Assembly (NCBI GenBank): GCA_019116145.1
Contig: DXCG01000150.1
Span: forward strand, 1 to 47,666
Origin: Candidatus Phocaeicola gallistercoris
GTDB taxonomy: Bacteria > Bacteroidota > Bacteroidia > Bacteroidales > Bacteroidaceae
Length of the DNA stretch: 47,666 nt
Direction of reading: 5' to 3'
Shown here: positions 35,754 to 45,573 of the stretch, piece by piece
Numbering within the stretch: position 1 is the stretch's first letter
Layout: the number at the start of each line of letters is the position of its first letter
Notes under the pieces: generated by a model
Told to the model about the DNA's origin: nothing
The model's input: only the letters and a program-made list of their open reading frames with translations
The model's database searches: none
Made by a program: the position numbers and the translations under genes

Positions 35754-37193
35754 TTAATTTTTTCCTTTCTTCCTTACCAAGGAAATCACCTCCTTCAATT
35801 CTTCAAAATGAAGGAAATAGGCACCAACAATATAATAAACCGCTCCAAACAGAATGCCAACTACTAATTGCAGCCACAATGAATCAAATATTTGCACAAT
35901 GCACCACACTCCGACTCCCATCGCCAATGAATGGATAAGAATATGCAGCAAATCCTTCATCTGTGCTATATAACCATAACCAATGAGTTTCTTTGTGTAA
36001 TAGGTATTATAAACCAACGACAGCAAAGAACCAACAATTTGCCCATAACACATCACCACTATGCCCATCGGGATTGTCACACACAAGATTATGACACCTT
36101 GTATTTTTTTTATTATCTCAAGTTTCAAAAAGAAATCTGACCGACCTTTTACTTGTAACAAATTTAAATTGATGGCATGAATAGGATACCACATCATTGA
36201 AAAGCATACAATCTGCAACAAATAAATGCAACCTTCCCATTTGTCTGTCAGTACCAATCTTACCAAAGGATCAGCAACTGCCGCTAATCCGACCATCAAC
36301 GGGAAAACGATGAAAGCAGAAATGCGCAAAAAACGCTTGTATGCATCTGCCAGACGCTCCGTTTCATTCTGAATGGTACTTAACACAGGAAATGTCACTC
36401 CTTGCAACACACTTGTGATATTGGACGAAGGATACTGTGCCAATCCACTTGCACGAGAATAGAGTCCCAATGTGGTGGATGAAAACACTTTTCCAATCAC
36501 CAATGTATATATGTTCTTATAGGTCGTATCAAGCAAACCTGAGACGAGTAATTTTGAACCAAAAGAAAACATTCCTTTAAAAGACTTCCAAGAAAAAATC
36601 CATTTTGGAATCCATCGGACGAATAGCCATAACAAAACCGTCCGCAACAATGACCAAGAAACAGCTTGAATTACTAATGCCCATACACCATAACCATTAT
36701 ACGCCATCAGCAAGCCAATAGAGCCTGTGACAAATGTTACCGTGATTGAAATTTTTGCATTTGTCTTAAAATCAATCGCTATAGACAACTTGGAACCATG
36801 AACGGCAGAAAATGAAAAAAACACAAAAGTCAAGGCCATGACCTTTGTCACTTTTTCCAACAAAGGAATTTCATAAAAAACTGCTATATAAGGTGAAGCA
36901 AGCCACAAAACCGCATAGAAGAAAAAGCCTACAACTATGTTGAAATAAAATACAGTACAAAAATCCTTTTCCGTCCGATCTAATTTTCTGACCAATGCTA
37001 TCCCGAAGCCACTATCGACAAACGACTGTGAAATGGCTAAGAAAATATTCAGCATCGCTACCGCTCCATAATCGGAAGGAAGGAGCAGACGAGCTATCAG
37101 AATGCTGAACACGAACTGTATTCCCTGCGTGGAGAAACGGTCGATGCTACTCCACACCACGCCTTTTACAGTCTTTTCTTTAAGAGACGACAT
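35754..37193 (-). CDS. wzx: Polysaccharide flippase (WzxC-like)
   Basis: LKEKTVKGVVWS, ARLL.PSDYG, DSGF..ALV, multi-TM, 479 aa. Confidence 0.93.
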   Translation of the reverse strand: MSSLKEKTVKGVVWSSIDRFSTQGIQFVFSILIARLLLPSDYGAVAMLNIFLAISQSFVDSGFGIALVRKLDRTEKDFCTVFYFNIVVGFFFYAVLWLASPYIAVFYEIPLLEKVTKVMALTFVFFSFSAVHGSKLSIAIDFKTNAKISITVTFVTGSIGLLMAYNGYGVWALVIQAVSWSLLRTVLLWLFVRWIPKWIFSWKSFKGMFSFGSKLLVSGLLDTTYKNIYTLVIGKVFSSTTLGLYSRASGLAQYPSSNITSVLQGVTFPVLSTIQNETERLADAYKRFLRISAFIVFPLMVGLAAVADPLVRLVLTDKWEGCIYLLQIVCFSMMWYPIHAINLNLLQVKGRSDFFLKLEIIKKIQGVIILCVTIPMGIVVMCYGQIVGSLLSLVYNTYYTKKLIGYGYIAQMKDLLHILIHSLAMGVGVWCIVQIFDSLWLQLVVGILFGAVYYIVGAYFLHFEELKEVISLVRKKGKN

Positions 37194-37211
37194 AAAACGC
37201 TTTTTATCAAC

Positions 37212-38249
37212 TCAACAACCCTTCAAGAAATTTGAACGGTCGCGAACTCTCAGCACAACTTTCTCCAAATACCCCCAAAAGAATATTCTGATTCTGTCTA
37301 TCAAAACAGCCAACAAAAAAACGGCAGACAAGATTAAAAATATCAATATTATATAAACAATACCGCTATACTCTTGATACATATATCTACAAATAGACAA
37401 ATATTCGTCCAAAACATACCTGTTACAATGCAACAAGTAAACAGCAAAACTGGATACAGCAATCCAATTGATAAAATTTGAAGTGAATTGCATCTTAACA
37501 AATCCCAACAATAAATATAATGAGGCCAAGATTGTAAAAGGATTCACATAACTCATCACTACCTTTTGTAAATAATAAGCCTGGTCAAACAATAACAACA
37601 GCACAGAAATTATCGTCAAAAATATATTAATGAAAAAATATACTCCCAAACACTTTAAGCTATTCAGTCCTGTATACTGAGAGGGGTATAAACGGACATA
37701 TCTTCCCAACATATATAATCCTATAAAGGAAAATGTAGAATATCCGTTCATGATAAAATCAGCACTGAATACGACCCAACCATAAAGCGTCTGAAATATA
37801 TAAAAACATAATAAAAAGACAAGCATTTGTTTCTTCGAGGCTTTTTCAATGAAAGCGTTCATCAATGGGGCTATAATCAAGAGACCTAAATATGCCTTGA
37901 CGAACCAATAATCCTTCATAAAAAGATAATCAACACTGAATTTCTCTCCCTCTCCAATCATCAAAAAGAAAGCATATATAGCAAAAAGAAAAAAGAAAGA
38001 TTGAAAAAGGAATTTAGTAACGCCTTTTACATTTGGACGAATTCCAAACCAACCAGAGACTAATACAAACACATTTACACAAACAATAGAAAGTGATTCC
38101 ATAAGAATCCTTGCAACTGTTGATAATGGTTGCAAATACATATCATTAGGTTTAGGCTCCCCCAATGCCATAAAATCCGCATGCACAACCAACACCAGAA
38201 ACATGGTCACTATTCTCAACAATTCTATATTGGATTGTCTTTGCAACAT
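37212..38249 (-). CDS. Membrane acyltransferase (Acyltransferase_3 family)
   Basis: RQSNIELLRIVTM..V..VH, VNVFVLVSGWF, WFVKAY, SFAVYLLH. Confidence 0.9.
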   Translation of the reverse strand: MLQRQSNIELLRIVTMFLVLVVHADFMALGEPKPNDMYLQPLSTVARILMESLSIVCVNVFVLVSGWFGIRPNVKGVTKFLFQSFFFLFAIYAFFLMIGEGEKFSVDYLFMKDYWFVKAYLGLLIIAPLMNAFIEKASKKQMLVFLLCFYIFQTLYGWVVFSADFIMNGYSTFSFIGLYMLGRYVRLYPSQYTGLNSLKCLGVYFFINIFLTIISVLLLLFDQAYYLQKVVMSYVNPFTILASLYLLLGFVKMQFTSNFINWIAVSSFAVYLLHCNRYVLDEYLSICRYMYQEYSGIVYIILIFLILSAVFLLAVLIDRIRIFFWGYLEKVVLRVRDRSNFLKGC

Positions 38250-38383
38250 AGTTTCAATTATTTCAAATAAATCAAAAGATCCTGTTAAGATTGAATTTTA
38301 CTTTTTATTCTGTTTTCAGAATATATCTGCTTTCTATTTTAAAACATATAATCTCTTTTCCACACCCACAACTTGCTTTTGAA

Positions 38384-38950
38384 CTAACGTTCTTTCACCA
38401 ACTGAATAAATTCCGGTTGAACTTCTACTGCTAAGGTAAAGAGATTAGGTAATTCAACAAACAACCGTTTGATGCGTGAGCCTTGTATTTTCTGCAAATT
38501 GCCTTCGTACCCGTTTAACGGTCCTCCTATTATACGGACTTTCTTTCCTATCATAGAAGGATGTATTTCTTCCGGGGTATAGTAATAAGGGTCTTCACTT
38601 GCAGCTACCGCTTTCATGAAACGCTCCATATCATCGTCTCTGACTGTCATCGGGACACCGCTTTTACCACGTATAAAACGGTATTGCAAAGTACTTATCA
38701 TTTCTACTATCGGATCGAGCACCCTACGACAATCGTACACAAAAAGTAAATCTTGAATAAACGGAACTTTTTCCCTGATTTTTTTGCCTTGACGGATATA
38801 TATTTTCCACACTAAAGGAGTAAATACTCTAATATTTTTCTCACTAAGGTATTTATAAGCAGGCTGTTTTGCATTGTTTCTCTTTAAATCGCGCATCACA
38901 AACCACTGTTTGACATCCCTTTCATCAACAATCTTATCCATATTTCCCAC
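38384..38950 (-). CDS. upxY: UpxY-family transcription antiterminator (NusG paralogue)
   Basis: WFVMR, VFTP, PFIQDLLFV, KOW motif GKKVRIIGGPLNGYEG; first gene of the polysaccharide locus. Start is GTG 38950 or ATG 38941. Confidence 0.92.
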   Translation of the reverse strand: MGNMDKIVDERDVKQWFVMRDLKRNNAKQPAYKYLSEKNIRVFTPLVWKIYIRQGKKIREKVPFIQDLLFVYDCRRVLDPIVEMISTLQYRFIRGKSGVPMTVRDDDMERFMKAVAASEDPYYYTPEEIHPSMIGKKVRIIGGPLNGYEGNLQKIQGSRIKRLFVELPNLFTLAVEVQPEFIQLVKER

Positions 38951-39161
38951 TTGATGGGTTTATTTACATTGCAAATTGAAGTAGCGGTCTCTCATTCTGA
39001 ACAAGGCACTTTCTTAAATCCTGCAATTTTTTATAAACGCATAAAAAACAAGCAGTTACGAATACAGTCAAATAATATTTATCTTTTTCCAACACAATTG
39101 TTTTCACTGTTTTGTCAGGAAAAACGATGTTGAAAACAAGACCGGAATCACCATTTCCACC

Positions 39162-39415
39162 ATTTTCTCCTAATATGAGAAAATCTTTTCGGCTGTAAAG
39201 GTACAAAAAATAACTTTAATATCTCCTAATATGAGATAATCGTTACGAGGCAAAAGTAGGAAAAAAATTGATTTCCATCAAAAAAAGAGAAACAAATTTT
39301 ACAGATTTTTTCTTTTGTCATTTTTATGTTGACCACATATTATCACTGTATAAGAGGATAATACGTTAATATATAATACTTTTAATGTAAAGATTTTCTC
39401 ATATTAGGAGATAAT
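39162..39415. repeat. Three recombinase-type core sites around the promoter (invertible region)
   Basis: A 39162-39184 ATTTTCTC-CTAATAT-GAGAAAAT; B 39220-39238 TATCTC-CTAATAT-GAGATA; C 39392-39416, inverted, GATTTTCTC-ATATTAG-GAGATAATC. A/C share a perfect 23-bp IR (39166-39188 / 39389-39411); B/C share 17 bp (39220-39236 / 39397-39413). Confidence 0.9.
39251..39282 (-). promoter_or_regulatory. Invertible sigma-A promoter, ON orientation toward upxY
   Basis: Minus-strand TTTG (39279-39282), 20-nt spacer, TACTTTTG (39251-39258): full Bacteroides -33/-7 consensus, lying between sites B and C. Confidence 0.87.
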
Positions 39416-39431
39416 CATTTTCACAATCGGC

Positions 39432-40643
39432 TTAAAGTTCTTTCAATATCTCTTTATTCGCTTTATCGACTTCCGATGATTTTATGGAATCCAGATAGAT
39501 TTGTGTGGTCGACTCTGAGTCGTGTCCTAAAGCTTCACTTATTACCGATAACGGAATATCTTTCCCTCTGGCAATTGTTGCCCAGCTATGCCGGCTATAA
39601 TATAATGACAAAGGAATGGAAAGATTGATGGACGTTGCTATTCTTTTCAGATACCTATTAATTTTCATCATCTGATTTTGATATTGACGCCGTTCGTTCC
39701 CGTCTTCCCTGAGTATGATGGGAAGCAAATATTGGGTTGCATTTGCCTCGTATTTATCAAGGATATTTTGCATTTGTTCCGTCCACTCTATGGTGAGAAG
39801 TTGTCCTGTTTTTTTCCTCCTATATGTCAAATATCCGTTTTGAAGGTCTTTTTTCTTCAGATAAGCCATATCGACAAACGACATTCCCCGTGTGCAGAAG
39901 CTGAAAAGGAACATGTCTCTGGCAAAATCCCAAACCGGGGAAGTAGACAAATTCAAATCCTTGATTTTTTTTATATCAATCAATGAAATGCTCCTCTTCA
40001 ACGTTTTGTCAATACCGCAATACACATGTTTAAACGGCCGCCGGTCGCTTGTCAATCCTTTTTCAATTGCCAACCGATAATTTGTACGCAGTATGCGCAT
40101 ATAAAAAGAGGTGGTATTGCGAGAAAGTCCCCGGTTTCTTAAATCGGCTTCATAAAGTTCCATCAAATCGGAGTCTATCATTTCGAACGACAAGTCTACC
40201 CCTCTCCTAAAACGCATAAAACTATTCAGTGTTGCCTGATAGGTTTCGCTGGAACGTATTTTACCTAATTGTTTCTTGTGCTGTACTTGCGTATGGATAA
40301 AACTGAAAACACTTTCCACCAATTCTTGATTATGAACAAACTTTTCGACAACCTCATCTATCTTCAAAGATGAAGTTCCCGCCTGTTCCAATTCATGTAC
40401 CACTTTTTCAAAGCGTTGCAGTTCCCAATATACATTCATTGCTATAGAAGACAATTCTTTATAACGGAAAGAAACCAACTGAGGAATTATGATTTGTTCT
40501 GTTTCTTTATCCCACTCGCTGTTATAGATTCTATAACGACTTTTAATCCTGCGTACCGTACGCTTGTAAATCATCTGATAAAACAATGTTCCTTTTCCTC
40601 CACGAATTGCAGAAGGTCTGAATTTCAATTTAATAGAAATCAT
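39432..40643 (-). CDS. Tyrosine site-specific recombinase, probable local promoter invertase
   Basis: Bacteroidetes arm-binding N-terminus, SAM-like domain, TRGMSFVD, RRKKTG, YYSRHSWAT, LGH, TTQIY; stop codon about 16 nt from site C. Confidence 0.92.
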   Translation of the reverse strand: MISIKLKFRPSAIRGGKGTLFYQMIYKRTVRRIKSRYRIYNSEWDKETEQIIIPQLVSFRYKELSSIAMNVYWELQRFEKVVHELEQAGTSSLKIDEVVEKFVHNQELVESVFSFIHTQVQHKKQLGKIRSSETYQATLNSFMRFRRGVDLSFEMIDSDLMELYEADLRNRGLSRNTTSFYMRILRTNYRLAIEKGLTSDRRPFKHVYCGIDKTLKRSISLIDIKKIKDLNLSTSPVWDFARDMFLFSFCTRGMSFVDMAYLKKKDLQNGYLTYRRKKTGQLLTIEWTEQMQNILDKYEANATQYLLPIILREDGNERRQYQNQMMKINRYLKRIATSINLSIPLSLYYSRHSWATIARGKDIPLSVISEALGHDSESTTQIYLDSIKSSEVDKANKEILKEL

Positions 40644-40837
40644 TTTTTTCTTTTTTTAAGTTAAACAATCAATATCAGACCTTATGTTAATTATTCTTCT
40701 ACATCTTTCTCCCTTTTTCTCCTCATCTTTTTATTTCTTTTCATCGCTTTTCCTCCATAATGTCTTGTTCTTTTTTCATGGTATATACAGCTAACAAAAT
40801 ACTTCTCAAAACAAACAATACATCATAATGTACCAAT

Positions 40838-40885
40838 AAAAAAATGATGACATGCCTGAATAATAGGTATGTCATCATCTCTTTT
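40838..40885. terminator. Intrinsic terminator downstream of the MFS gene (possibly bidirectional)
   Basis: 14-bp stem ATGATGACATGCCT / AGGTATGTCATCAT (one non-Watson-Crick position), A-run on the left and T-rich on the right. Confidence 0.75.
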
Positions 40886-40923
40886 AATAAGCTATCGGGG
40901 AAAATAAATCTTTTTTCCTCTTT

Positions 40924-42105
40924 TTACCTTCTCAACAAAGGAATTAATTTCTTTGCACAATATACCGACGATACAACAGCTATGCTTCCTCCTACATAAC
41001 CTATATAAGATATGGGCATCTGGGAGCATACAAACCCTCCTATCAAGGCACCTGTCCCGATTCCAACATTGAATATGCCTGAATATACCGACATGGCAAT
41101 AGCCGTAGCTTCCGGAACGATTCGAATAATTTCACTTTGAAATGCCAAATTGTAAATTGTAATAGCCAGTCCCCAACAAAGACAAACGATCACAATGGCA
41201 TAGTGATTCAGCGATGCCACATGCAACAACAATAAAAATGCCGTTATCCCAAATATGCAGAAACGAACGAAACGCATAGGATGCCGGTCGTAATATCGTG
41301 AAAACAACCAGCTTCCAACCAATCCAACCAATCCAAATGCAGTCAGAACACCCGTAATACCGGCATTGTTCAATTTAGCAACCTGCAATAAAAAAGGTTC
41401 TATGTAACTATAACCTGTATAATGAGCAGTGATTATTATCATTGTCAAAACATAAATACCAACCAGTGCAGGTGTGTCTAACAAAGAAGGGAGCTTACGG
41501 AGTGATACACTATTACGGCTTGGAACCTTGGGAAATACCATTGCAAGAAAAAGGAAACATGCCAATGCAGCAACAGCTATCCAGAAAAAAGTCATACGCC
41601 AGCCTACATGCAACCCTATCACACGTCCTAAAGGCAATCCAACTATCATTGCTATTGACGTTCCGGTTATAATTAAACCTAATGCCATAGAACGACGACC
41701 TTCGGGAGCTACCCGGACAGCCAAAGGGGAAACAACCGACCAAAATATGGCGTGTGCACAAGCGACCCCGATACGTGAAACCATCAGCATATAGTAATTA
41801 TACGAAAAAGCTGAAAGGATATGGCTTATTATGAATACACATAAAATAACAAGCATCAACTTACGGTTCTCCATTTTGGAAACCATAAGCATTAATGGCA
41901 AAGAAGCCAATGCCACAACCCACGCATAAATAGTTATAAGCATACCGGCACCTGCTTCGGAGATGCTAAAATCGTGTGCTATATCTGTCAATAATCCGAT
42001 TGGAACAAACTCGGACGTGTTGAAAACAAATGCGGAAAAGGTCAGACCGATTACCGGAAGCCATGCTCCCAATAAACTTTTTTTGTTATTTTGTTTTGCT
42101 TTCAC
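40924..42105 (-). CDS. MFS transporter, SotB/AraJ-like sugar efflux family
   Basis: FNTSEFVPIGLL.DIA, HAIFWS, GLPLGR, YSYIEPFL, YSGIFNVGIG. Confidence 0.9.
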   Translation of the reverse strand: MKAKQNNKKSLLGAWLPVIGLTFSAFVFNTSEFVPIGLLTDIAHDFSISEAGAGMLITIYAWVVALASLPLMLMVSKMENRKLMLVILCVFIISHILSAFSYNYYMLMVSRIGVACAHAIFWSVVSPLAVRVAPEGRRSMALGLIITGTSIAMIVGLPLGRVIGLHVGWRMTFFWIAVAALACFLFLAMVFPKVPSRNSVSLRKLPSLLDTPALVGIYVLTMIIITAHYTGYSYIEPFLLQVAKLNNAGITGVLTAFGLVGLVGSWLFSRYYDRHPMRFVRFCIFGITAFLLLLHVASLNHYAIVIVCLCWGLAITIYNLAFQSEIIRIVPEATAIAMSVYSGIFNVGIGTGALIGGFVCSQMPISYIGYVGGSIAVVSSVYCAKKLIPLLRR

Positions 42106-42122
42106 CGATTAAACAATATTTA

Positions 42123-43295
42123 TCAATCACAATGTATCGTTACAAAATCCCGGAATTTTTCCAATCCTTTTATCAGCATTGAACGTGGACAGGCAATATT
42201 CCAACGCATAAAACCTTCTCCCTCTTCGCCATACATCGTACCGGCATTCAACCATAGTTTGTTTTCTGTCAGCAATAACTGTTCCAACTCGTCTGATGAT
42301 TTACGAAGAATCCGGCAATCCATCCAGACAAGATAAGTTCCTTCCAATTTTGTTATAGGGAAATCCGGTAGATATCCGGCAACGAACTCGGACATACACT
42401 GATAGTTCCCTTCCAAATAAGCCAACAAGCAGGTAAGCCATTCTTCCCCTTCATTGTATGCTGCAACAGTAGCAATCACACCAAACGGATTCACATCGCA
42501 TACTTCATTTATATTAATAGCCTTGTCTATCTTTTTCCGCATATCATCATCGCATGCTACAATATTTGCTATCTGAAGCCCGGCTATGTTAAAAGCTTTA
42601 CTGGGAGAGATACATGTTACTGAATGCTTCAAAAATTCATCCGATAAGGAAGCAAAAGGTATATAATGATACTCCGGGAATACCAGTTCGCAATGTATCT
42701 CATCGGATACAACAGTTACGTTATGGCGAAGGCATATATTACCTATCTGCATAAGCTCTTCTTTCGTCCAAACCCTCCCTACCGGATTATGAGGATTACA
42801 AAGTAATAAAATCTTGACCTTATCATCTGAAACTTTCTGCTCTAAATCATCAAAATCGATATAATACCTATTATTATTGTCGCAACACAAAGGATTCGCA
42901 ACAATTTCACATCCATTATTACGGATAGACGAGAAGAAACAGTTATACACCGGAGTCTGCACTACTACTTTATCGCCGGGAACGGTCAACGCCTTGATAA
43001 CTGCCGAAACAGCCGGTACAACACCTGATGTATAAATTATCCACTCTTTCCGTATTTCCCATGCATGTCGTCTTTTAAACCAACCGATTACTGCATCGTA
43101 ATAAGAATCAGGAACACGAGTATAACCGAAAATACCATGTTCTACACGTTCCCTTAACGCTTTTATTATAGATGGAGCCGTACGGAAATCCATATCTGCC
43201 ACCCACATTGGCAAGACTTCTCTGTCGGAAGAACTATCCCATTTGTAAGAATTTGTATCCCGACGTAAAATTATTTCATCGAAATTGTAATCCAT
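42123..43295 (-). CDS. MalY/PatB-family PLP-dependent C-S lyase
   Basis: SYKWD, LPMWVADMDF, LCNPHNPVG, SDEIH, SPSKAFNIAG, EGTYLVW. Confidence 0.93.
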   Translation of the reverse strand: MDYNFDEIILRRDTNSYKWDSSSDREVLPMWVADMDFRTAPSIIKALRERVEHGIFGYTRVPDSYYDAVIGWFKRRHAWEIRKEWIIYTSGVVPAVSAVIKALTVPGDKVVVQTPVYNCFFSSIRNNGCEIVANPLCCDNNNRYYIDFDDLEQKVSDDKVKILLLCNPHNPVGRVWTKEELMQIGNICLRHNVTVVSDEIHCELVFPEYHYIPFASLSDEFLKHSVTCISPSKAFNIAGLQIANIVACDDDMRKKIDKAININEVCDVNPFGVIATVAAYNEGEEWLTCLLAYLEGNYQCMSEFVAGYLPDFPITKLEGTYLVWMDCRILRKSSDELEQLLLTENKLWLNAGTMYGEEGEGFMRWNIACPRSMLIKGLEKFRDFVTIHCD

Positions 43296-43313
43296 ATATT
43301 TGAACTAATTTTG

Positions 43314-44729
43314 TTATCCTTTTATCTTTATCCATTTTCCCCGCTGCAATCGGACAAGGAATATCAGTCCTCTGAAACATAATTCGACACACATTGCAAT
43401 CCAAACACCTTTTAATCCCATGGAAGGAGCCAGCAATGCAGCCAAAGAAAGCCGGACTGCCCAAATACTGAAAAAGTTCATCAAACAGGGAACAAGCGTA
43501 TCGGCCGCACCAACAAACACACCATAAGCAACGATAGCCGCAGCAAACATAGGTTCTGCAAACGCTTCTATGCGAAGAGACATGATACCCAAAGCACGGA
43601 TTTCTTCTACCGGTGTCATCATGCCTATTATTTGAGGAGCAGCAACATACATTATTATACCCATTACCCCCATTACAGCCATTCCCATAAAAACCGTAAT
43701 ATAAGCAAAACGACGCGTTAAATCTCGCCGACCTGCTCCAAGGCTTTGTCCAACCAATGTTGTCGCGGCATCTGCAATTCCATATCCGGGCATATAACAA
43801 AGGCTTTCTGCAGTAATGGCAAAGGAATTGGCTGCTATGGCAAAAATACCAAGCGGTGCAACGATTACAGTTGTCATTATTTGGGCACCGCAAATAACAA
43901 TATGTTCTATTCCCATAGGTAAACCTATATGAAGGGCTTTTTTTATCGTTGCAAACGTAGGAAGAAAACGCCCGCGTTCGCCTATTAATTTAAGGTCGGA
44001 CGAACGGGAAAGAAGGAACCACATTAAAACAGCAGCTGCTACAAATTCTGCAAAAGCCGTTCCAAGTGCAGCACCTTTTACTCCCCACCCTGCACCGGGC
44101 ATAAAAAAAGTCAAAGTTCCAATGTGAATGTCACGAGAGGGAAATATCAGAAAATAATTAAATATCACATCCAATACGCACATCAATACACCAATCATAC
44201 TTGGCATACGCATATTACCACTGCAACGAAGCATCCCACCAGCTAAAAAATTCATTTGAAGAACCGGCAAAAACAAAGAAAAGATCAGAAAATAAATTGA
44301 CGCATCACGATGTATGATAGCGTCACCGCCTAACCATCCGGGTAGCGAGTCGCTGATAGACCATCCTATTATAGCCAACAGAAAACTGAACAAACCTGTA
44401 GCAATTATGGATTGACGCAATACAGAACGAGCTCCTTTAAAGTCGCCGGCTCCTATCCGATGGGCAACTTGTACTGAAAACCCGGTTGTCGCTGCCACAC
44501 AAAGCCCCCAAAACAGCCATGTTGTTGTCGAAACCAAGCCGATTGCGGCAGAGGCATCAGCACCCAGACTTCCAACCATTGCCGCATCTATATACTGCAT
44601 AATAATATACGAAAGCTGAGCTATGATAGCTGGTAAACTAAGCGAAACAACTAATTTCAACTGTTGTCCAAACGTCATTTCCCTGCCTTCGCGTATATAT
44701 ACCAGCAGGCTATCTGTTTTATATTCCAT
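43314..44729 (-). CDS. MATE-family efflux transporter
   Basis: YIDAAMVGSLG, LRCSGN..P, GVKGAALGT, VGQSLGAG; two-repeat multi-TM architecture. Confidence 0.92.
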   Translation of the reverse strand: MEYKTDSLLVYIREGREMTFGQQLKLVVSLSLPAIIAQLSYIIMQYIDAAMVGSLGADASAAIGLVSTTTWLFWGLCVAATTGFSVQVAHRIGAGDFKGARSVLRQSIIATGLFSFLLAIIGWSISDSLPGWLGGDAIIHRDASIYFLIFSLFLPVLQMNFLAGGMLRCSGNMRMPSMIGVLMCVLDVIFNYFLIFPSRDIHIGTLTFFMPGAGWGVKGAALGTAFAEFVAAAVLMWFLLSRSSDLKLIGERGRFLPTFATIKKALHIGLPMGIEHIVICGAQIMTTVIVAPLGIFAIAANSFAITAESLCYMPGYGIADAATTLVGQSLGAGRRDLTRRFAYITVFMGMAVMGVMGIIMYVAAPQIIGMMTPVEEIRALGIMSLRIEAFAEPMFAAAIVAYGVFVGAADTLVPCLMNFFSIWAVRLSLAALLAPSMGLKGVWIAMCVELCFRGLIFLVRLQRGKWIKIKG

Positions 44730-44771
44730 ATTTGAACTTATCTCTGACCGATTTTTCTTAAAACAAAACGA

Positions 44772-45359
44772 TTAATTGGCTACAATGTCTTCCTTCGAAT
44801 CGACATCGCGGATATAACGAGCCGGAACACCTGCCACAATCGTATTTGCATCAACGTCTTTGGTTACTACCGATCCGGCTCCTATTACCGCACCATCACC
44901 AATCGTTACCCCTTGCAAAATGGTAGAGTTCGACCCTATCCATACATTCTCTCCTAATACTATAGGAGCAGCAATCATCGCTGCCCTGTTCTTCGGATTC
45001 AGATCGTGGTTAAGCGTAGCAAATACTACATTATGTCCTATCAGGCAACCATTGCCGATTGTCACTCCTCCATGATCTTGAAAATGACAACACGCATTAA
45101 TGAATACATGTTTCCCTATGGTAATATTTTTACCGAAATCGGTATAAAACGGAGGAAAAACCCGAAATGTTGCATCGACTTCTTTACCCAACAGTTTCGA
45201 AAACAAAGCTCGTAATTCATCTTGGGTATGATAAGAGGTGTTTATTTCGAATGTAATACGCCGGGCTTCATCGCTCATCTCGTTCATAAAAAGTTGAATC
45301 TCTTCTGTAGAAAGCAAAGGATGCTTTTTCACATATTCCAAAAAATCGCTTACTGTCAT
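44772..45359 (-). CDS. Sugar O-acetyltransferase (maltose/galactoside acetyltransferase family)
   Basis: PPFYTDFGKNI, NVVFATLNH, VWIGSNSTILQGVTIG, AGVPA; probable start MTVSDF at 45359. Confidence 0.9.
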   Translation of the reverse strand: MTVSDFLEYVKKHPLLSTEEIQLFMNEMSDEARRITFEINTSYHTQDELRALFSKLLGKEVDATFRVFPPFYTDFGKNITIGKHVFINACCHFQDHGGVTIGNGCLIGHNVVFATLNHDLNPKNRAAMIAAPIVLGENVWIGSNSTILQGVTIGDGAVIGAGSVVTKDVDANTIVAGVPARYIRDVDSKEDIVAN

Positions 45360-45573
45360 AATTGTTTCTTTACATTTTTCTTTGCAAAAATCCGGAAATA
45401 TTTCATTGTTTCCTGTAAACAAAATACAGACAAAATAACCTTTATTACGGTTTTTACATAACGGGATTTTTTTGTTTCGGCAAAAAGATGAAGATATTTA
45501 TTTCAAAAGCTCATGAAATTTCTATAAAATTCCTTCACCTTTTCATTCAAAGACGGGCACGTTTTTTCAACTT

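Noticed and set aside
1980-36111. 8-nt A/T homopolymers in CDSs (e.g. 1980-1987, 9281-9288, 14185-14192, 36104-36111) as phase-variation tracts
   Set aside because: Such runs are expected in AT-rich DNA and all affected frames are intact; read-level data would be needed.
38964-39206. 80-aa ORF in the upxY leader
   Set aside because: Non-ATG start, crosses recombination site A, no recognisable motif; probably incidental.
40680-40790. Pyrimidine-rich (plus-strand) tract with tiny ORFs upstream of the recombinase
   Set aside because: Low complexity, ORFs are very short, and no structure or motif could be supported.
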